In this document: positions 38,968-48,732 of the stretch, in pieces
Numbering within the stretch: position 1 is the stretch's first letter
How the letters are laid out: every line of letters begins with the position of its first letter
DNA from: Candidatus Thorarchaeota archaeon
Lineage (GTDB): Archaea > Asgardarchaeota > Thorarchaeia > Thorarchaeales > Thorarchaeaceae
Length of the DNA stretch: 54,781 nt
Assembly (NCBI GenBank): GCA_046758445.1
Contig: JBHIAE010000019.1
Coordinates: forward strand, 1 to 54,781
Direction of reading: 5' to 3'
Notes under the pieces: generated by a model
Database searches by the model: none
What the model saw: the letters and a program-made list of their open reading frames with translations, nothing else
What the model was told of the DNA's origin: nothing
Program-made: the position numbers and the translations under genes

Positions 38968-39528
38968 ATGGGTAAGATTACCGATCCCATTGCTAAGCGG
39001 ATTAGGAAGAAAGCCGCCAAGGACATCAAGGGAGGGTTCTTTGGTCTAATCACTCACTACATTCCGGGTTGGCACGGGTACCAAGAGAAAGAAGAACGTC
39101 GCGCCGCCGACAAAGTGCTCCGAGAGTTCATGGCTGACCAGCTCAGACTTGTCAAGCAGGATCTTGAGAAGCTTCAGACAATGGTTGTGGAGTACAATCT
39201 CGAGAACACCTGGGAAACATTCGACAGGATGCTATCTCTCACAGACAAGATTGAGTCGTCCATCCGTTACGCAGATTATGGCTATGCTGCTTGGGGTTCA
39301 AAGGAGAAGATTAACGAGAAAGAACTCGACTTGGTATACGAGTTCGACGCTACGATAATCAATGACATCGGCGACATCAACGATGTTGTCGAAGAGTTCA
39401 CATCCCAAATGAACCAAGGCAAGTTCGATGAGTCATGGCCCTTCACTCATCGAATGTACACCGTCATGCAGCGGCTCGAGGAGAAATGGAAACAGCGCGA
39501 GGGCTACATGAAAGGTTACCAAGATTAG
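38968..39528 (+). CDS. Conserved helical hypothetical protein (IPGxxGY..KE.RR.AD family)
   Basis: IPGWHGYQEKEERRAADKVLRE and IRYADYGYA...L..YEFD; AGGAGA RBS before ATG 38968. Confidence 0.75.
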   Translation: MGKITDPIAKRIRKKAAKDIKGGFFGLITHYIPGWHGYQEKEERRAADKVLREFMADQLRLVKQDLEKLQTMVVEYNLENTWETFDRMLSLTDKIESSIRYADYGYAAWGSKEKINEKELDLVYEFDATIINDIGDINDVVEEFTSQMNQGKFDESWPFTHRMYTVMQRLEEKWKQREGYMKGYQD

Positions 39529-39537
39529 ACTTTCAAG

Positions 39538-39574
39538 TTCTGGGGGTATTCCCCCCAGAATTCTCTCTTCTTTT
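39538..39574 (+). terminator. Hairpin + pyrimidine tract terminator
   Basis: TTCTGGGGG-TATTC-CCCCCAGAA followed by TTCTCTCTTCTTTT. Confidence 0.6.
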
Positions 39575-39661
39575 GATACAGACTTCATTCAGTTTGAGGG
39601 AGACTCTAGGATTCTATTTCCGAGTGGAGTTAAATAGCGCCGTGTACCAGGGAACAGCCGG

Positions 39662-40048
39662 TTGAGATTGTTGTATAGACGTCCTCGACGAGGACGGAAG
39701 GACAAATTGCCAACTTACTCCTTCCCCCAGTCCTCTGCCTTGATGGCTTCTCTCGATAGAATGACTACTATACTGAACGAGAGCGAGGACCAGGATATTG
39801 ACCGATTGAGTTTGATGAAACACCAACAGATGTTGACACATTCTATTGAAACACTGTGGAGAGATGTGCAGGCCGGCAAGGTTGCAGTAGAGTCGGTGGC
39901 CCTTCTCAGAGCCATGCGAGATGTCACCATCTACGACCTCAATTCGAAATTGCAGTCACCACAGCTTGACTACAGAAGAATCACAAGAGAGGTCAAACTA
40001 CTGGAGAACAGCATCAAGCATATCTTGCGACCAGTCCGAATTCGTTGA
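39662..40048 (+). CDS. Hypothetical helical protein
   Basis: 128-aa ORF filling the gap; TTAAATA box about 30 nt upstream; no recognised motif. Confidence 0.55.
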   Translation: MRLLYRRPRRGRKDKLPTYSFPQSSALMASLDRMTTILNESEDQDIDRLSLMKHQQMLTHSIETLWRDVQAGKVAVESVALLRAMRDVTIYDLNSKLQSPQLDYRRITREVKLLENSIKHILRPVRIR

Positions 40049-40136
40049 CCCGGTGCTCCACCGAACGCTTACGTTACTTCCTGATGATTAAGGCAAGACT
40101 GATTACTCTCTCAAGACCGATGATTGCTCGATCGCA

Positions 40137-40892
40137 ATGAAGGTCACTCTCCTCGGCACAGGCACTTCTGTTCCAGATCCGGACAGGGTCCAATCAGGGA
40201 TACTCGTTGAAACAGAAAACAAGACTATCCTTCTGGATGTCGGGTCGGGTATACTTCAAAGACTGACTCAGACTGGTCTTGACATAACCTCACTGGACTC
40301 CGTCTTCATAAGCCATTTTCACATCGACCATTGCTCCGATTTCTTGACACTCTGCCAGAGCCTATGGTTGGCAGGTTATGATGGAGCATTGGAGCTCTAC
40401 GCTCCACCATTCATGAGAGAGTGGTCTAGGGGAATCTACGACATAGCTTTCCCATACCTACGCGACAAGTTGCTTATCGAGAAGACAGTCCTTGACGAGA
40501 ATCATGTGATCCATCTTGGACCTGTCACAGTTTCTACTGCACCAACCACACATGGCACGACAGAAACAAGGGCGTTCAAAGTCGAGTCTGAAGGTAGGTC
40601 GGTTGTGTATTCATCTGATACAACTCGGTGTCGGGAAGTGATAGATCTAGCCACGGGGGTTGATGTGTTGATACATGAACTGAACTGGTTGGACAGACAC
40701 CGACCTGAGGGAGTCCATACAAGTCCAAGCGAACTCGCCGAGGTTGTTGAGAGAGCTGAACCAAAGAAAGTAGTCCTGACTCATGTTTCGCCAGAGGTGG
40801 TTACGGCACAAGATAAGGTCAGAGCTACGATAGGCAGAAGAACCCGTGCCGAAGTTGTGTTGGGTGAAGACCTAATGGTGCTAAACCTATAG
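40137..40892 (+). CDS. MBL-fold metallohydrolase (RNase Z/BN-like)
   Basis: LLGTG, LLDVGSG, SHFHIDH, YSSDT, LIHE, HTS and LTH. Confidence 0.9.
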   Translation: MKVTLLGTGTSVPDPDRVQSGILVETENKTILLDVGSGILQRLTQTGLDITSLDSVFISHFHIDHCSDFLTLCQSLWLAGYDGALELYAPPFMREWSRGIYDIAFPYLRDKLLIEKTVLDENHVIHLGPVTVSTAPTTHGTTETRAFKVESEGRSVVYSSDTTRCREVIDLATGVDVLIHELNWLDRHRPEGVHTSPSELAEVVERAEPKKVVLTHVSPEVVTAQDKVRATIGRRTRAEVVLGEDLMVLNL

Positions 40893-41011
40893 ATTCCTCA
40901 GCCGAAACCTATCTGCGACTCCGAAACGACGCGCGGAACCTACCATGTCAACGTTTAAAACCTATGAAGACCCTAGACCAAACAGAACTCGACTATAGGA
41001 GAGATTCTGAT

Positions 41012-41887
41012 TTGGCAGACGCTATAGAGTGGACAAATGCCAGCCCAGACGATGTTGTCTGGCGTTACCCTGATAATAGAGTAAAGTGGGGCTCACAGCT
41101 CATAGTTATGGAGAACCAGGCCGCAATCTTCTACAGAGACGGCAAGGCACTCGACACATTCCTTGCTGGGCGCCACAAACTGACTACAAGCAGCATGCCC
41201 GGTCTAGTTGGGTGGTTACAGAAGAAGGTCAAAGGCGATATCTTTGAGGCCACATGTGTCTTCATTTCACGCTCACAGTTCCAGGGCAAGTTTGGAGGTA
41301 GAGGTCAAACGAGTGACCTGGCTCCCTTAATGTTTCACGGCAACTTTTGGTTCCGCGTAAAGGAGGCCAACATCTTCGTGCAGGACGTTGTAGGAAATCA
41401 GAACGCGTTCAGCACCAAGAAGATCAATGACTATCTTCGCTCATTCATGAACGAGCGAATCATTGATGAATTCGCACACTTTGACATGCAGGCCGTATTC
41501 ACACAGCTCGACGAAACCTCGTTAAAGGTGAAGACGAAGGTCAGACAGGCCTTTGAGAGACTCGGGCTTGAACTTGTTGACGTGAAATTCGAGGGAATCG
41601 ATACCACGGAGAAATACCGCGAGAGACTCTTCATGCTGAGAACAGCAGGAGTGAGCGGTTCACAGCTCATTGGCTCAGAAACCATGAAGGACGCCGCTGA
41701 CTCTCTAGGCAGAAGTCCTGGTGCAGGTTTTGGCGCCGGCATGGGATTCATGGGAGCCGTCGCAGATGCGACCAAGGGAGCACAACCTGGGACAACCCCA
41801 GCTGGAGCGAAGTTCTGCAGCAATTGTGGAACTGCTTTGGAAGGTGCGAAGTTCTGTCCGAACTGCGGCCAAAAAGTAGCTGGATAG
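41012..41887 (+). CDS. SPFH/Band-7 domain protein (YdjI-like) with C-terminal double zinc ribbon
   Basis: VWRYP....WGSQLIV.ENQ.A.F.RDGK, AG.GAGMG and FCSNCG...AKFCPNCG. Probable TTG start at 41012 after AGGAGAG (track 40964). Confidence 0.88.
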   Translation: MADAIEWTNASPDDVVWRYPDNRVKWGSQLIVMENQAAIFYRDGKALDTFLAGRHKLTTSSMPGLVGWLQKKVKGDIFEATCVFISRSQFQGKFGGRGQTSDLAPLMFHGNFWFRVKEANIFVQDVVGNQNAFSTKKINDYLRSFMNERIIDEFAHFDMQAVFTQLDETSLKVKTKVRQAFERLGLELVDVKFEGIDTTEKYRERLFMLRTAGVSGSQLIGSETMKDAADSLGRSPGAGFGAGMGFMGAVADATKGAQPGTTPAGAKFCSNCGTALEGAKFCPNCGQKVAG

Positions 41888-41902
41888 GGTAGATAACAGA
41901 TA

Positions 41903-41942
41903 GACGGGAGGACCGTCAGGTCCCCCCATCGACTCTTTTTTC
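41903..41942 (+). terminator. Hairpin + oligo-T terminator
   Basis: GACGGGAGGACC-GTCA-GGTCCCCCCATC followed by CTCTTTTTTC. Confidence 0.6.
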
Positions 41943-42039
41943 AACAAACAGAATCACAACCATCCAATCTCGTTATATGTGATGAATGAGACTTAAACCC
42001 AAACCATTCTGACATAGACTAAGACTTGGCTGGATTGCT

Positions 42040-43965
42040 GTGAATGACTCCCGTTCATCCATCCTAAAGGATCTTGATGCCCTCGAAGACCAAACGGATA
42101 GCATAGAGGACAATAGAATAGCCAACAAGAGGACAGGGTCATTCTATACTCCTTGGGACCTAGCCTATGACATCACTTCGAGAAGTCTTGCGGCAGCCCT
42201 CTTCGACTCGACAGGAATTGACGTGCAGCGAAGATCATACGCCGATCTCGACGTTCATTTGCGCGACAGTGCTCTTGGCATTCTGAGAAGCATGCGGATT
42301 CTTGACCCTGCTGTGGGAGAAGGAGTCTTCCTGCTTGCATCAGCAGAGTGGCTTCTCAGAACTCGGAAGGCATTCGGAGACAGATCTGGCGAAGATGCGC
42401 TAAGGCAGGACATCTTGAGCAACAATCTCTATGGAGTAGACCTAGTGGAAAATGCAGTTGACCAGTGCAAGAACGCTCTGAAGAGATGGGCTAGGTGCGA
42501 CGACTCCCAGGAACTGGCACCCTCAAACATTCGTGAGGGAAACAGTCTCGTCGGGTGGGTGAGTCACAGAAGTATGACCAAGGTGGAGAATGATGCCCTG
42601 CCGAATGAAGCTCTCTGGGAATCTCTCGGCTCCAAGTATAGTCAACTGCGGAAGTCGACTCTGACCTCCATGAAGCCATTTCACTGGGAAGTCGAATTCC
42701 CCGAAGTGATAACAGGCGACGAGCAAGGCTTTGACATCATCATCGGGAACCCTCCTTATGGGAATATCCTCTCAGACGTCGAGAGACACCTGATATCGAA
42801 GACCCACAATTTCGACATTAGCACAGGTAGGACTGGAACTTGGAACAGCGCATCTCTGTTCATTGCCAGATCGCGAGCTCTTCTCAAAGAAGGAGGACAT
42901 CTGGGCTTCTTGGTGCCCAACAGCGTTCTCAGAACAAAACAATTCAGCAAGGTAAGACAGCTCCTATTGACTGAGATGCAACTGTGGCTGGTGATTGACG
43001 AAGCGAGTCCATTTGATGACGTCACTCTTGAGATGGTCAGCCTGTTTTGTAGAGCAGGACACAGCCCCGGCGATTATGAGGTGCAAGTGCTTTCAAGACG
43101 GCCTGGAATTGATTGGGAGGGGCAAGTGCCTGGGACAATCCTTGAATCGAGCAACATCTTCCCTCTCTATTACGACTCGACTCTGGCCATAGTATTGAAG
43201 AGAGCCACAAAGGGCTGGGTGACGGCGAGTAGAGGAAGGGACATTCCAAAGGCTCACGTGAACAAGACAAGAAGCCAAGAGTTCAAGGTACCTTACGCAA
43301 CAAGCGGTCGTAGTGTCAAGCGTTATAGACTTGACCCGAGATACCTGATCTATTCAGATATGGCCTTCAGAGAGGATCAGGGACTGCTTGATTCGTACGA
43401 GAACATGTTCTTAATCTCCACCAAGAACTATCCCTATCCCAGGTGCGTAATGAAACCAAGAGGAGTCATACATGGCGGCGGCGCAGTACGCATCAAGGCG
43501 CTGAAGCAGGGTGTTGATTATGAGGCACTAGGATTGATCCTCAACTCTAGATTGATTCGTTATCTATGCGTGAAGTACCTGACAAACTACTCACAGCTTA
43601 CCACATGCTTGAACACTGGAATAATGGAGGAGTTACCTCTTGTGTTCCCCACAGATACGATGCCTTTCTCCACTATATTCAGAGCTATGGGAATGCTTCA
43701 TGAGAACCCTGATGATGACTCGAATGCAGGTTTGGCGTCCTATCTGGACAGAGTCGCCGACACTCTGGTGTACGAACTCTTCCTTCTGAACCGTGACTCC
43801 TTCTTCAACAAGATCGAAGCAAGACTTGAGAAGCTGGGCGATTCATGGAGTCCTCAAGAAGTGTGTCGGTTGTTGAAAGGAAGTGAAGTTTCTAATCTGA
43901 TGGATGAGATACTGAAGACTCCCATTGTCGAGGTGGTTGAGAACTCCCACAGAATGTCACCGTAG
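42040..43965 (+). CDS. N6-adenine DNA methyltransferase (TaqI/Eco57I-like, gamma order) with target-recognition domain; no adjacent REase
   Basis: GSFYTP, ILDPAVGEGVFL, LYGVD, FHWEVEFPEV and FDIIIGNPPY. Confidence 0.9.
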   Translation: MNDSRSSILKDLDALEDQTDSIEDNRIANKRTGSFYTPWDLAYDITSRSLAAALFDSTGIDVQRRSYADLDVHLRDSALGILRSMRILDPAVGEGVFLLASAEWLLRTRKAFGDRSGEDALRQDILSNNLYGVDLVENAVDQCKNALKRWARCDDSQELAPSNIREGNSLVGWVSHRSMTKVENDALPNEALWESLGSKYSQLRKSTLTSMKPFHWEVEFPEVITGDEQGFDIIIGNPPYGNILSDVERHLISKTHNFDISTGRTGTWNSASLFIARSRALLKEGGHLGFLVPNSVLRTKQFSKVRQLLLTEMQLWLVIDEASPFDDVTLEMVSLFCRAGHSPGDYEVQVLSRRPGIDWEGQVPGTILESSNIFPLYYDSTLAIVLKRATKGWVTASRGRDIPKAHVNKTRSQEFKVPYATSGRSVKRYRLDPRYLIYSDMAFREDQGLLDSYENMFLISTKNYPYPRCVMKPRGVIHGGGAVRIKALKQGVDYEALGLILNSRLIRYLCVKYLTNYSQLTTCLNTGIMEELPLVFPTDTMPFSTIFRAMGMLHENPDDDSNAGLASYLDRVADTLVYELFLLNRDSFFNKIEARLEKLGDSWSPQEVCRLLKGSEVSNLMDEILKTPIVEVVENSHRMSP

Positions 43966-43998
43966 TTGAGATTTCACATCTACTATTTTGGAGGTCCG

Positions 43999-44580
43999 TC
44001 AGCTCTTAGTCCCGTCGGAGAGAAACTCACCTAGACGTCCCTCTTCTTCAAGCAGTGTCATCCAGTCAATGGCCGATGTCTTGGCATTTCCTCTGATGGC
44101 TCTCTGCATCATATCTACGACCTCAGACTGCTTGATCTCTGTAGTGTCAATCTCAGTGACCATATCTTCACCGTAAGCTTCGTATGCATCCAACTGGCAG
44201 ACCCCTATCACCTCAGCCTCAACATTCTCCTCAATCTTCGCTTTTGGCCAGCCTCTTTGAATCAGACGGTGCTTCAGCACCTCAGGATGCGTTCTGAGAA
44301 CGAAAACTCGAGCAACCGACGAATAGGGAACGAGATCGATGTAGTGACCTTCAGCTACAATTCGCCGGTCGAGGTCTTCTATCTCTTGTAGAATGGCACT
44401 TACGAGGCAGTCTTCGTCCACAATGCTTGTGTCACGATCACCATCATAGGCAGAGATGCAGCCTGCGTTTCTAGCTAGATCACCGAGTGATAGAACTCTT
44501 ACTCCGAGTCGCTCGCCCAGCATTCTGGCTGCTTCCGACTTCCCGGTACCTGGAGTGCCTCCGACAAGAATCACAGGCAT
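43999..44580 (-). CDS. Adenylate kinase 6 / Fap7 (hCINAP) family ATPase
   Basis: GTPGTGKS, VAEGHY, LRTHP..L..RL..RGW...KI.ENVEAE and IDW. Start moved to ATG 44580. Confidence 0.92.
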   Translation of the reverse strand: MPVILVGGTPGTGKSEAARMLGERLGVRVLSLGDLARNAGCISAYDGDRDTSIVDEDCLVSAILQEIEDLDRRIVAEGHYIDLVPYSSVARVFVLRTHPEVLKHRLIQRGWPKAKIEENVEAEVIGVCQLDAYEAYGEDMVTEIDTTEIKQSEVVDMMQRAIRGNAKTSAIDWMTLLEEEGRLGEFLSDGTKS

Positions 44581-44731
44581 GGGGCGCACGTCGGCAGTTC
44601 GTCTTATGGACCTACCGATAGATGGAATCAAGGGCTGTTACTTATGACCCTGCCAACACGCGTTAGCCAGAAGACTGCGCTTATAAGCCGATGGAGATTA
44701 GTAGATAGAGTGAGCGAATAGGAGTACCACG

Positions 44732-45490
44732 ATGTCCCAAGTCAAATCCCAAGAAAGCATCAGAAGAGCCCCAATAGTAGCCTCCTTGTTGCTCACAATA
44801 CTCGCTGTCATCACATGGTGGATAAACACTGTTCTCGCCATGGTGCTTGTATTCTCAGCATTGTTTGCATTTGTATATGGAGTGTGTACTCTGCCCTTCC
44901 AGGAAGTCCAAGCCCAGACTCGTGTAGTGAGGCGTCGTCGTATGCACAGAGAGTGGGATAGGATTCCGCTAGAGCGACTTGACCTACTTGAGGAACAGAT
45001 GAGAGAGTCACTGAAACAGTTTGAGGTCGAAGCTGAGGAGGAAGGATTTGCTATTCCTGTGGATGATGTTGAGAGCGAGTCTGCCGGACTTGTTCACGAC
45101 ATACCTGTTGAGGTCGTTGACGGAATCGGGAGAACGTTTGGCAGGAAACTTCGTGAGGCGGACGTTTCTTCATTGGATGATTTGGCGGCTTCAGATGCGG
45201 CAAAGATTGCGAAGATCTGTTCCGTGGGAAGGCCAGAGGCAGAAGCGTGGGTCGCCGACGCGAAGGCCATAGTTCAAGGGGCCGGAGTGACAAGCATCCT
45301 CGAACTTGCAATGTCTGACCCTGAGGAACTAATTCAGAAAGTCGAGCAGGCTGTTGAAGACGGCTTCATTGAGGTTCCCAAGGGTCACGAGTTCACGATT
45401 TGGGCGGCACGACATTGGATTGCTGCAGCGAACGAGCATATCGTGCTGACACCCGAAGACATCAAGAGATGGTCAGAAGACCAGCCATAG
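44732..45490 (+). CDS. Membrane-anchored protein with tandem helix-hairpin-helix (DUF4332-like) domains
   Basis: Two N-terminal TMs; VDGIGRTFGRKLREADVSSLDDLA and AGVTSILELA...W...A repeats. Confidence 0.75.
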   Translation: MSQVKSQESIRRAPIVASLLLTILAVITWWINTVLAMVLVFSALFAFVYGVCTLPFQEVQAQTRVVRRRRMHREWDRIPLERLDLLEEQMRESLKQFEVEAEEEGFAIPVDDVESESAGLVHDIPVEVVDGIGRTFGRKLREADVSSLDDLAASDAAKIAKICSVGRPEAEAWVADAKAIVQGAGVTSILELAMSDPEELIQKVEQAVEDGFIEVPKGHEFTIWAARHWIAAANEHIVLTPEDIKRWSEDQP

Positions 45491-45576
45491 ATGGGAACAC
45501 GTCAATCCTACTTTCTGCGGCACAAGCCATAAAAGACTGCCAAAGTCCTGTCACAAAACCCCGCCTAATCAAAGTG

Positions 45577-46095
45577 ATGCAAGCCATGGCTGTTCCGTGC
45601 AAGATCAGAGAGTTCAGGAAGGAGGACATCGACGCAGTCATGGCTATCAACCAAGCTGCTCTTCCCGAGAACTATCCGAGCTCCTTCTTCCTGGGTCTTC
45701 ATAGCCATGCTCCCAAAGCATTCTTGGTTGCCGAAGTAGACTCCACGGTCATTGGGTACATAATGTGTAGAATGGAGAGAGGGATATCCAGCTTCAGGAG
45801 ACCATACCCTGTTAAGAAGGGCCATATAGTTTCGGTGGCCGTTGTTCGTGATCACCGGCGAAAAGGCATAGGCACAGAGCTCATAGAACGAGGCATTGCA
45901 GGGATGGTTGAGTATGGGGCCACTGAGTTCTACCTTGAGGTGCGAAAGAGCAACAAGCCAGCAGTTACAATCTATGAAGTGTTGGGATTCGAAATAGGTA
46001 GAGTACTTAGAGGATACTACAGAGATGGAGAAGACGCCTACCTCATGACCAGAAAGAGGAACCATGATCAAGAGGATGATTCATCCGATGGCTGA
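45577..46095 (+). CDS. Ard1/RimI-type N-terminal acetyltransferase
   Basis: N...LPENY, GYIMCR, GHIVSVAV...RRKGIG, LEVRKSN and YY.DGEDAYLM. Start moved to ATG 45577. Confidence 0.92.
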   Translation: MQAMAVPCKIREFRKEDIDAVMAINQAALPENYPSSFFLGLHSHAPKAFLVAEVDSTVIGYIMCRMERGISSFRRPYPVKKGHIVSVAVVRDHRRKGIGTELIERGIAGMVEYGATEFYLEVRKSNKPAVTIYEVLGFEIGRVLRGYYRDGEDAYLMTRKRNHDQEDDSSDG

Positions 46096-46999
46096 TACTA
46101 TCACTGTACCGCTAGTGCCTGAGTGCTCTGCCTGCATGATTGATAGCCTAAAGACACTCATTCCATTGCTAACGTCTGATGAGCGTGAACAGTATGAGCT
46201 GTACTCCTTGGCGTTCAGTCGACTTGCCGATGGCTTCTCGAAGCGGCTTGAGCCAATAGAAATCTCAGTCATGCTATACAGAGAGCTCTATGACCGGATG
46301 GGAGTGAGAGACCCCTACTCGACGTTGAAGCAAGAGAGTATAGAAGCCGCACAGAAGGTGATTCCCTCTATCGAGAAGACAATATCGAAACTCGAAGGCT
46401 CTGATAGACTTCGAGCTGCATTGTCTGCTGCAATCGCCGGCAATGTCATTGACTTCAATACGGCGGGTCATGACCCCAATCTCGATGGCCTTCAAGCTAC
46501 TTTTGAGGAGATCCTGCAGGCTGGATTCACGATTGACCATTCGTCAAATCTCTTCCAGTCACTAACTTCGCGGTCGGGGCATTTGCTATTTCTTGGTGAC
46601 AACGCTGGGGAAACACTCTTTGACATTCCTCTTCTTCGCTTGGCAACGGAGTTTGGATGGAAGGTCACCTATGTTGTGAAAGGACGACCAATGGTGAATG
46701 ATGCTGTCGAGGAAGACGTGAGAGGAAGCGAGATTGAAGACCTTGCAACCATCGCCGACACTGGTGCGTGGGCGCATGGTGTTCCAAAGGAATGGGTCAG
46801 TGAGGACTTCCTTGAGTTGGTGGGCGATAGTGATATGGTCATCTCGAAAGGACAGGCCAACATCGAAACGTTTCCAGAGATTCAGCAAGAATATGATGTC
46901 GAAACTTACTATCTTCTAAGAGGCAAATGTGCGCACATATCAGCAGCCATTGCAGTACAGAAGGGCGACAACGTTGTGCTACGTCGGCCGTCTCCTTAG
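46088..46999 (+). CDS. DUF89 / ARMT1-like damage-control metal-dependent phosphatase
   Basis: ECxxC, DPY..LK, GNVIDF, DNAGE..FD, NDA and ISKGQAN.E. Confidence 0.9.
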   Translation: MADTITVPLVPECSACMIDSLKTLIPLLTSDEREQYELYSLAFSRLADGFSKRLEPIEISVMLYRELYDRMGVRDPYSTLKQESIEAAQKVIPSIEKTISKLEGSDRLRAALSAAIAGNVIDFNTAGHDPNLDGLQATFEEILQAGFTIDHSSNLFQSLTSRSGHLLFLGDNAGETLFDIPLLRLATEFGWKVTYVVKGRPMVNDAVEEDVRGSEIEDLATIADTGAWAHGVPKEWVSEDFLELVGDSDMVISKGQANIETFPEIQQEYDVETYYLLRGKCAHISAAIAVQKGDNVVLRRPSP

Positions 47000-47068
47000 G
47001 AAGGCGAGAATTCACATTTTGGATAGATCTTCTCGAAAGAGTTAACATGAACTCGGTTCTAGTCAGAG

Positions 47069-47605
47069 ATGGGGAGCTCCTCAATGGGCAAGCTAGTCCC
47101 TTATGACAATGAAGTTCACAGAGCGCAGTTTCTGGAGCTGAATGTGGAGTACCTCACGTGGTTTGTTGAATGCATGCGTGATATTCACGGTATTGACATG
47201 GCCTCAACAGCAGAAGGGACAGTACAGGACTATGTCGAGATGGTCCTGGATAGCTACACCTCGGCGAAACCGCCTGATGGGATTATCTACGTTCTTGAGA
47301 TTGATGGAAAGTCAGAAGGAATGGGAGCATTAAGAAGAGTTCGAGGGGAGATTGGAGAGATCAAAAGGATGTACATTCGGCCAAGACACCGTGGAAAAGG
47401 CCTTGGGAGAAGTATGTTTAGGACTCTGATAGAGAGAGCGAAAGAGTACGGATACAGCACTCTAAGACTTGAAACAGGGGATTTCATGAAAGCCGCACAG
47501 AGTATCTACCGGTCTGAAGGTTTCGAAGAAACAGATATGCATCCAGAAACTGAGGTTCCCGAGCCATATCATCCTCATATGGTGTTCATGGAGAAGGAGC
47601 TATAG
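47069..47605 (+). CDS. GNAT family N-acetyltransferase
   Basis: GMGALR, EIKRMYIRP.HRGKGLG and LET...M.AA...Y...GF. Confidence 0.9.
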   Translation: MGSSSMGKLVPYDNEVHRAQFLELNVEYLTWFVECMRDIHGIDMASTAEGTVQDYVEMVLDSYTSAKPPDGIIYVLEIDGKSEGMGALRRVRGEIGEIKRMYIRPRHRGKGLGRSMFRTLIERAKEYGYSTLRLETGDFMKAAQSIYRSEGFEETDMHPETEVPEPYHPHMVFMEKEL

Positions 47606-47797
47606 GCTCCGCGTCCCCAGACCTTGACACACGCCAGCTTTTCAGAGCCGCCGGAAGACAATCTTTAAATGTGAACTCTATGCTGACTTCCTCTCGTAGG
47701 CGCATGTGAAGTACATGTGCAGTTTTATCATTCAAGCATTCATTTGAATTACCTAAGAAGGTGGAGAGACTATTATGAGTCAACAAGGTTGGAAATG

Positions 47798-48466
47798 TCA
47801 CCGGGAATCCAGCTCTGTGAGCCGTATTGGTATCTCAGCATCGCCGTCGCGGACTTCAATCTCAAGAACACCATCCTGGGGCACAAGGACCTCGTAGAAT
47901 ATGGTAATCCATCTCTGCCACTCTAACTCCGGCGACTCATCACGCCTTTCTACTATCACTAGGGAGTCTGGCGGCGGTAAGGGCTGGTCTTCGTACTTCT
48001 GTTCAGAAAATGCGTAGTATAGAACTAGCCTGTAGAGCTCTCCACCACACTCAAACTCTCTCTCGTCCACGAAGTGCTTGTTATCATAGATGTCCTCATA
48101 CGTCATGCCCTTCATCATGCCTTTCTGCTCTGCAAAAGAAAACTCCAACACCTTATACCGCTTCGTTGGATTTCCCCAGTCCCTTTGCGACAACTCAACA
48201 TGACGTCTCAAGAACTCCTCAGGCCTCACGTTTACTCGGCCCTCGTTGTACAGGTCAAGCGCCTCAAACAAGCCTTTCGCGGCAACTCTCTCTCCAAGGG
48301 CATTGCCCTGCGCAAGTACCTCGTCAGTGTAGAAGCTCCATGTGCTGCCGCGCTTGTAGCCCCATAGTACGAACTCGCCATCAACTGGACAAGGCTGGTG
48401 TGGATCGAGTTTGATAGAACACTGCTGACCCGTCCAGTACTCGCAAGTTTCGCATCTATAAGACAT
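47798..48466 (-). CDS. Hypothetical protein with N-terminal Cys cluster (CxxC..W...C...C)
   Basis: MSYRCETCEYWTGQQC...CP; GGAGTGA RBS before ATG 48466 (track start 48559). Confidence 0.65.
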   Translation of the reverse strand: MSYRCETCEYWTGQQCSIKLDPHQPCPVDGEFVLWGYKRGSTWSFYTDEVLAQGNALGERVAAKGLFEALDLYNEGRVNVRPEEFLRRHVELSQRDWGNPTKRYKVLEFSFAEQKGMMKGMTYEDIYDNKHFVDEREFECGGELYRLVLYYAFSEQKYEDQPLPPPDSLVIVERRDESPELEWQRWITIFYEVLVPQDGVLEIEVRDGDAEIPIRLTELDSR

Positions 48467-48732
48467 TTTCCCATTATCACTCCAAGCTGTACTCATGACT
48501 GTCTGATGCCGACTTATCAGGTTGGTGCTGATGATGCGCATGAACACTAGTCGAGCCATCCCACCCCGTCTTCTCCAACCCTTAGAATCCGAGAGGCTGT
48601 CATGTCCCTATGTGTCCGGGAGTGCTATTTAAGCTCCTTTCAGCAAATACGCTTAGGTTGCCCTAGCATGGGTAGCGTACGTTGCCCCAGCAGTTGTAGG
48701 CTCTTATTAAAGAGGCGTCAGGACTCATAGGC

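Noticed and set aside
44679-44688. Palindrome GCTTATAAGC
   Set aside because: Explained by an ordinary TTATAA TATA box.
47606-47797. Possible tRNA or att site at the island boundary; small hairpin GCGCATGT-GAAGT-ACATGTGC
   Set aside because: No T-loop consensus or cloverleaf, and no second copy in the window.
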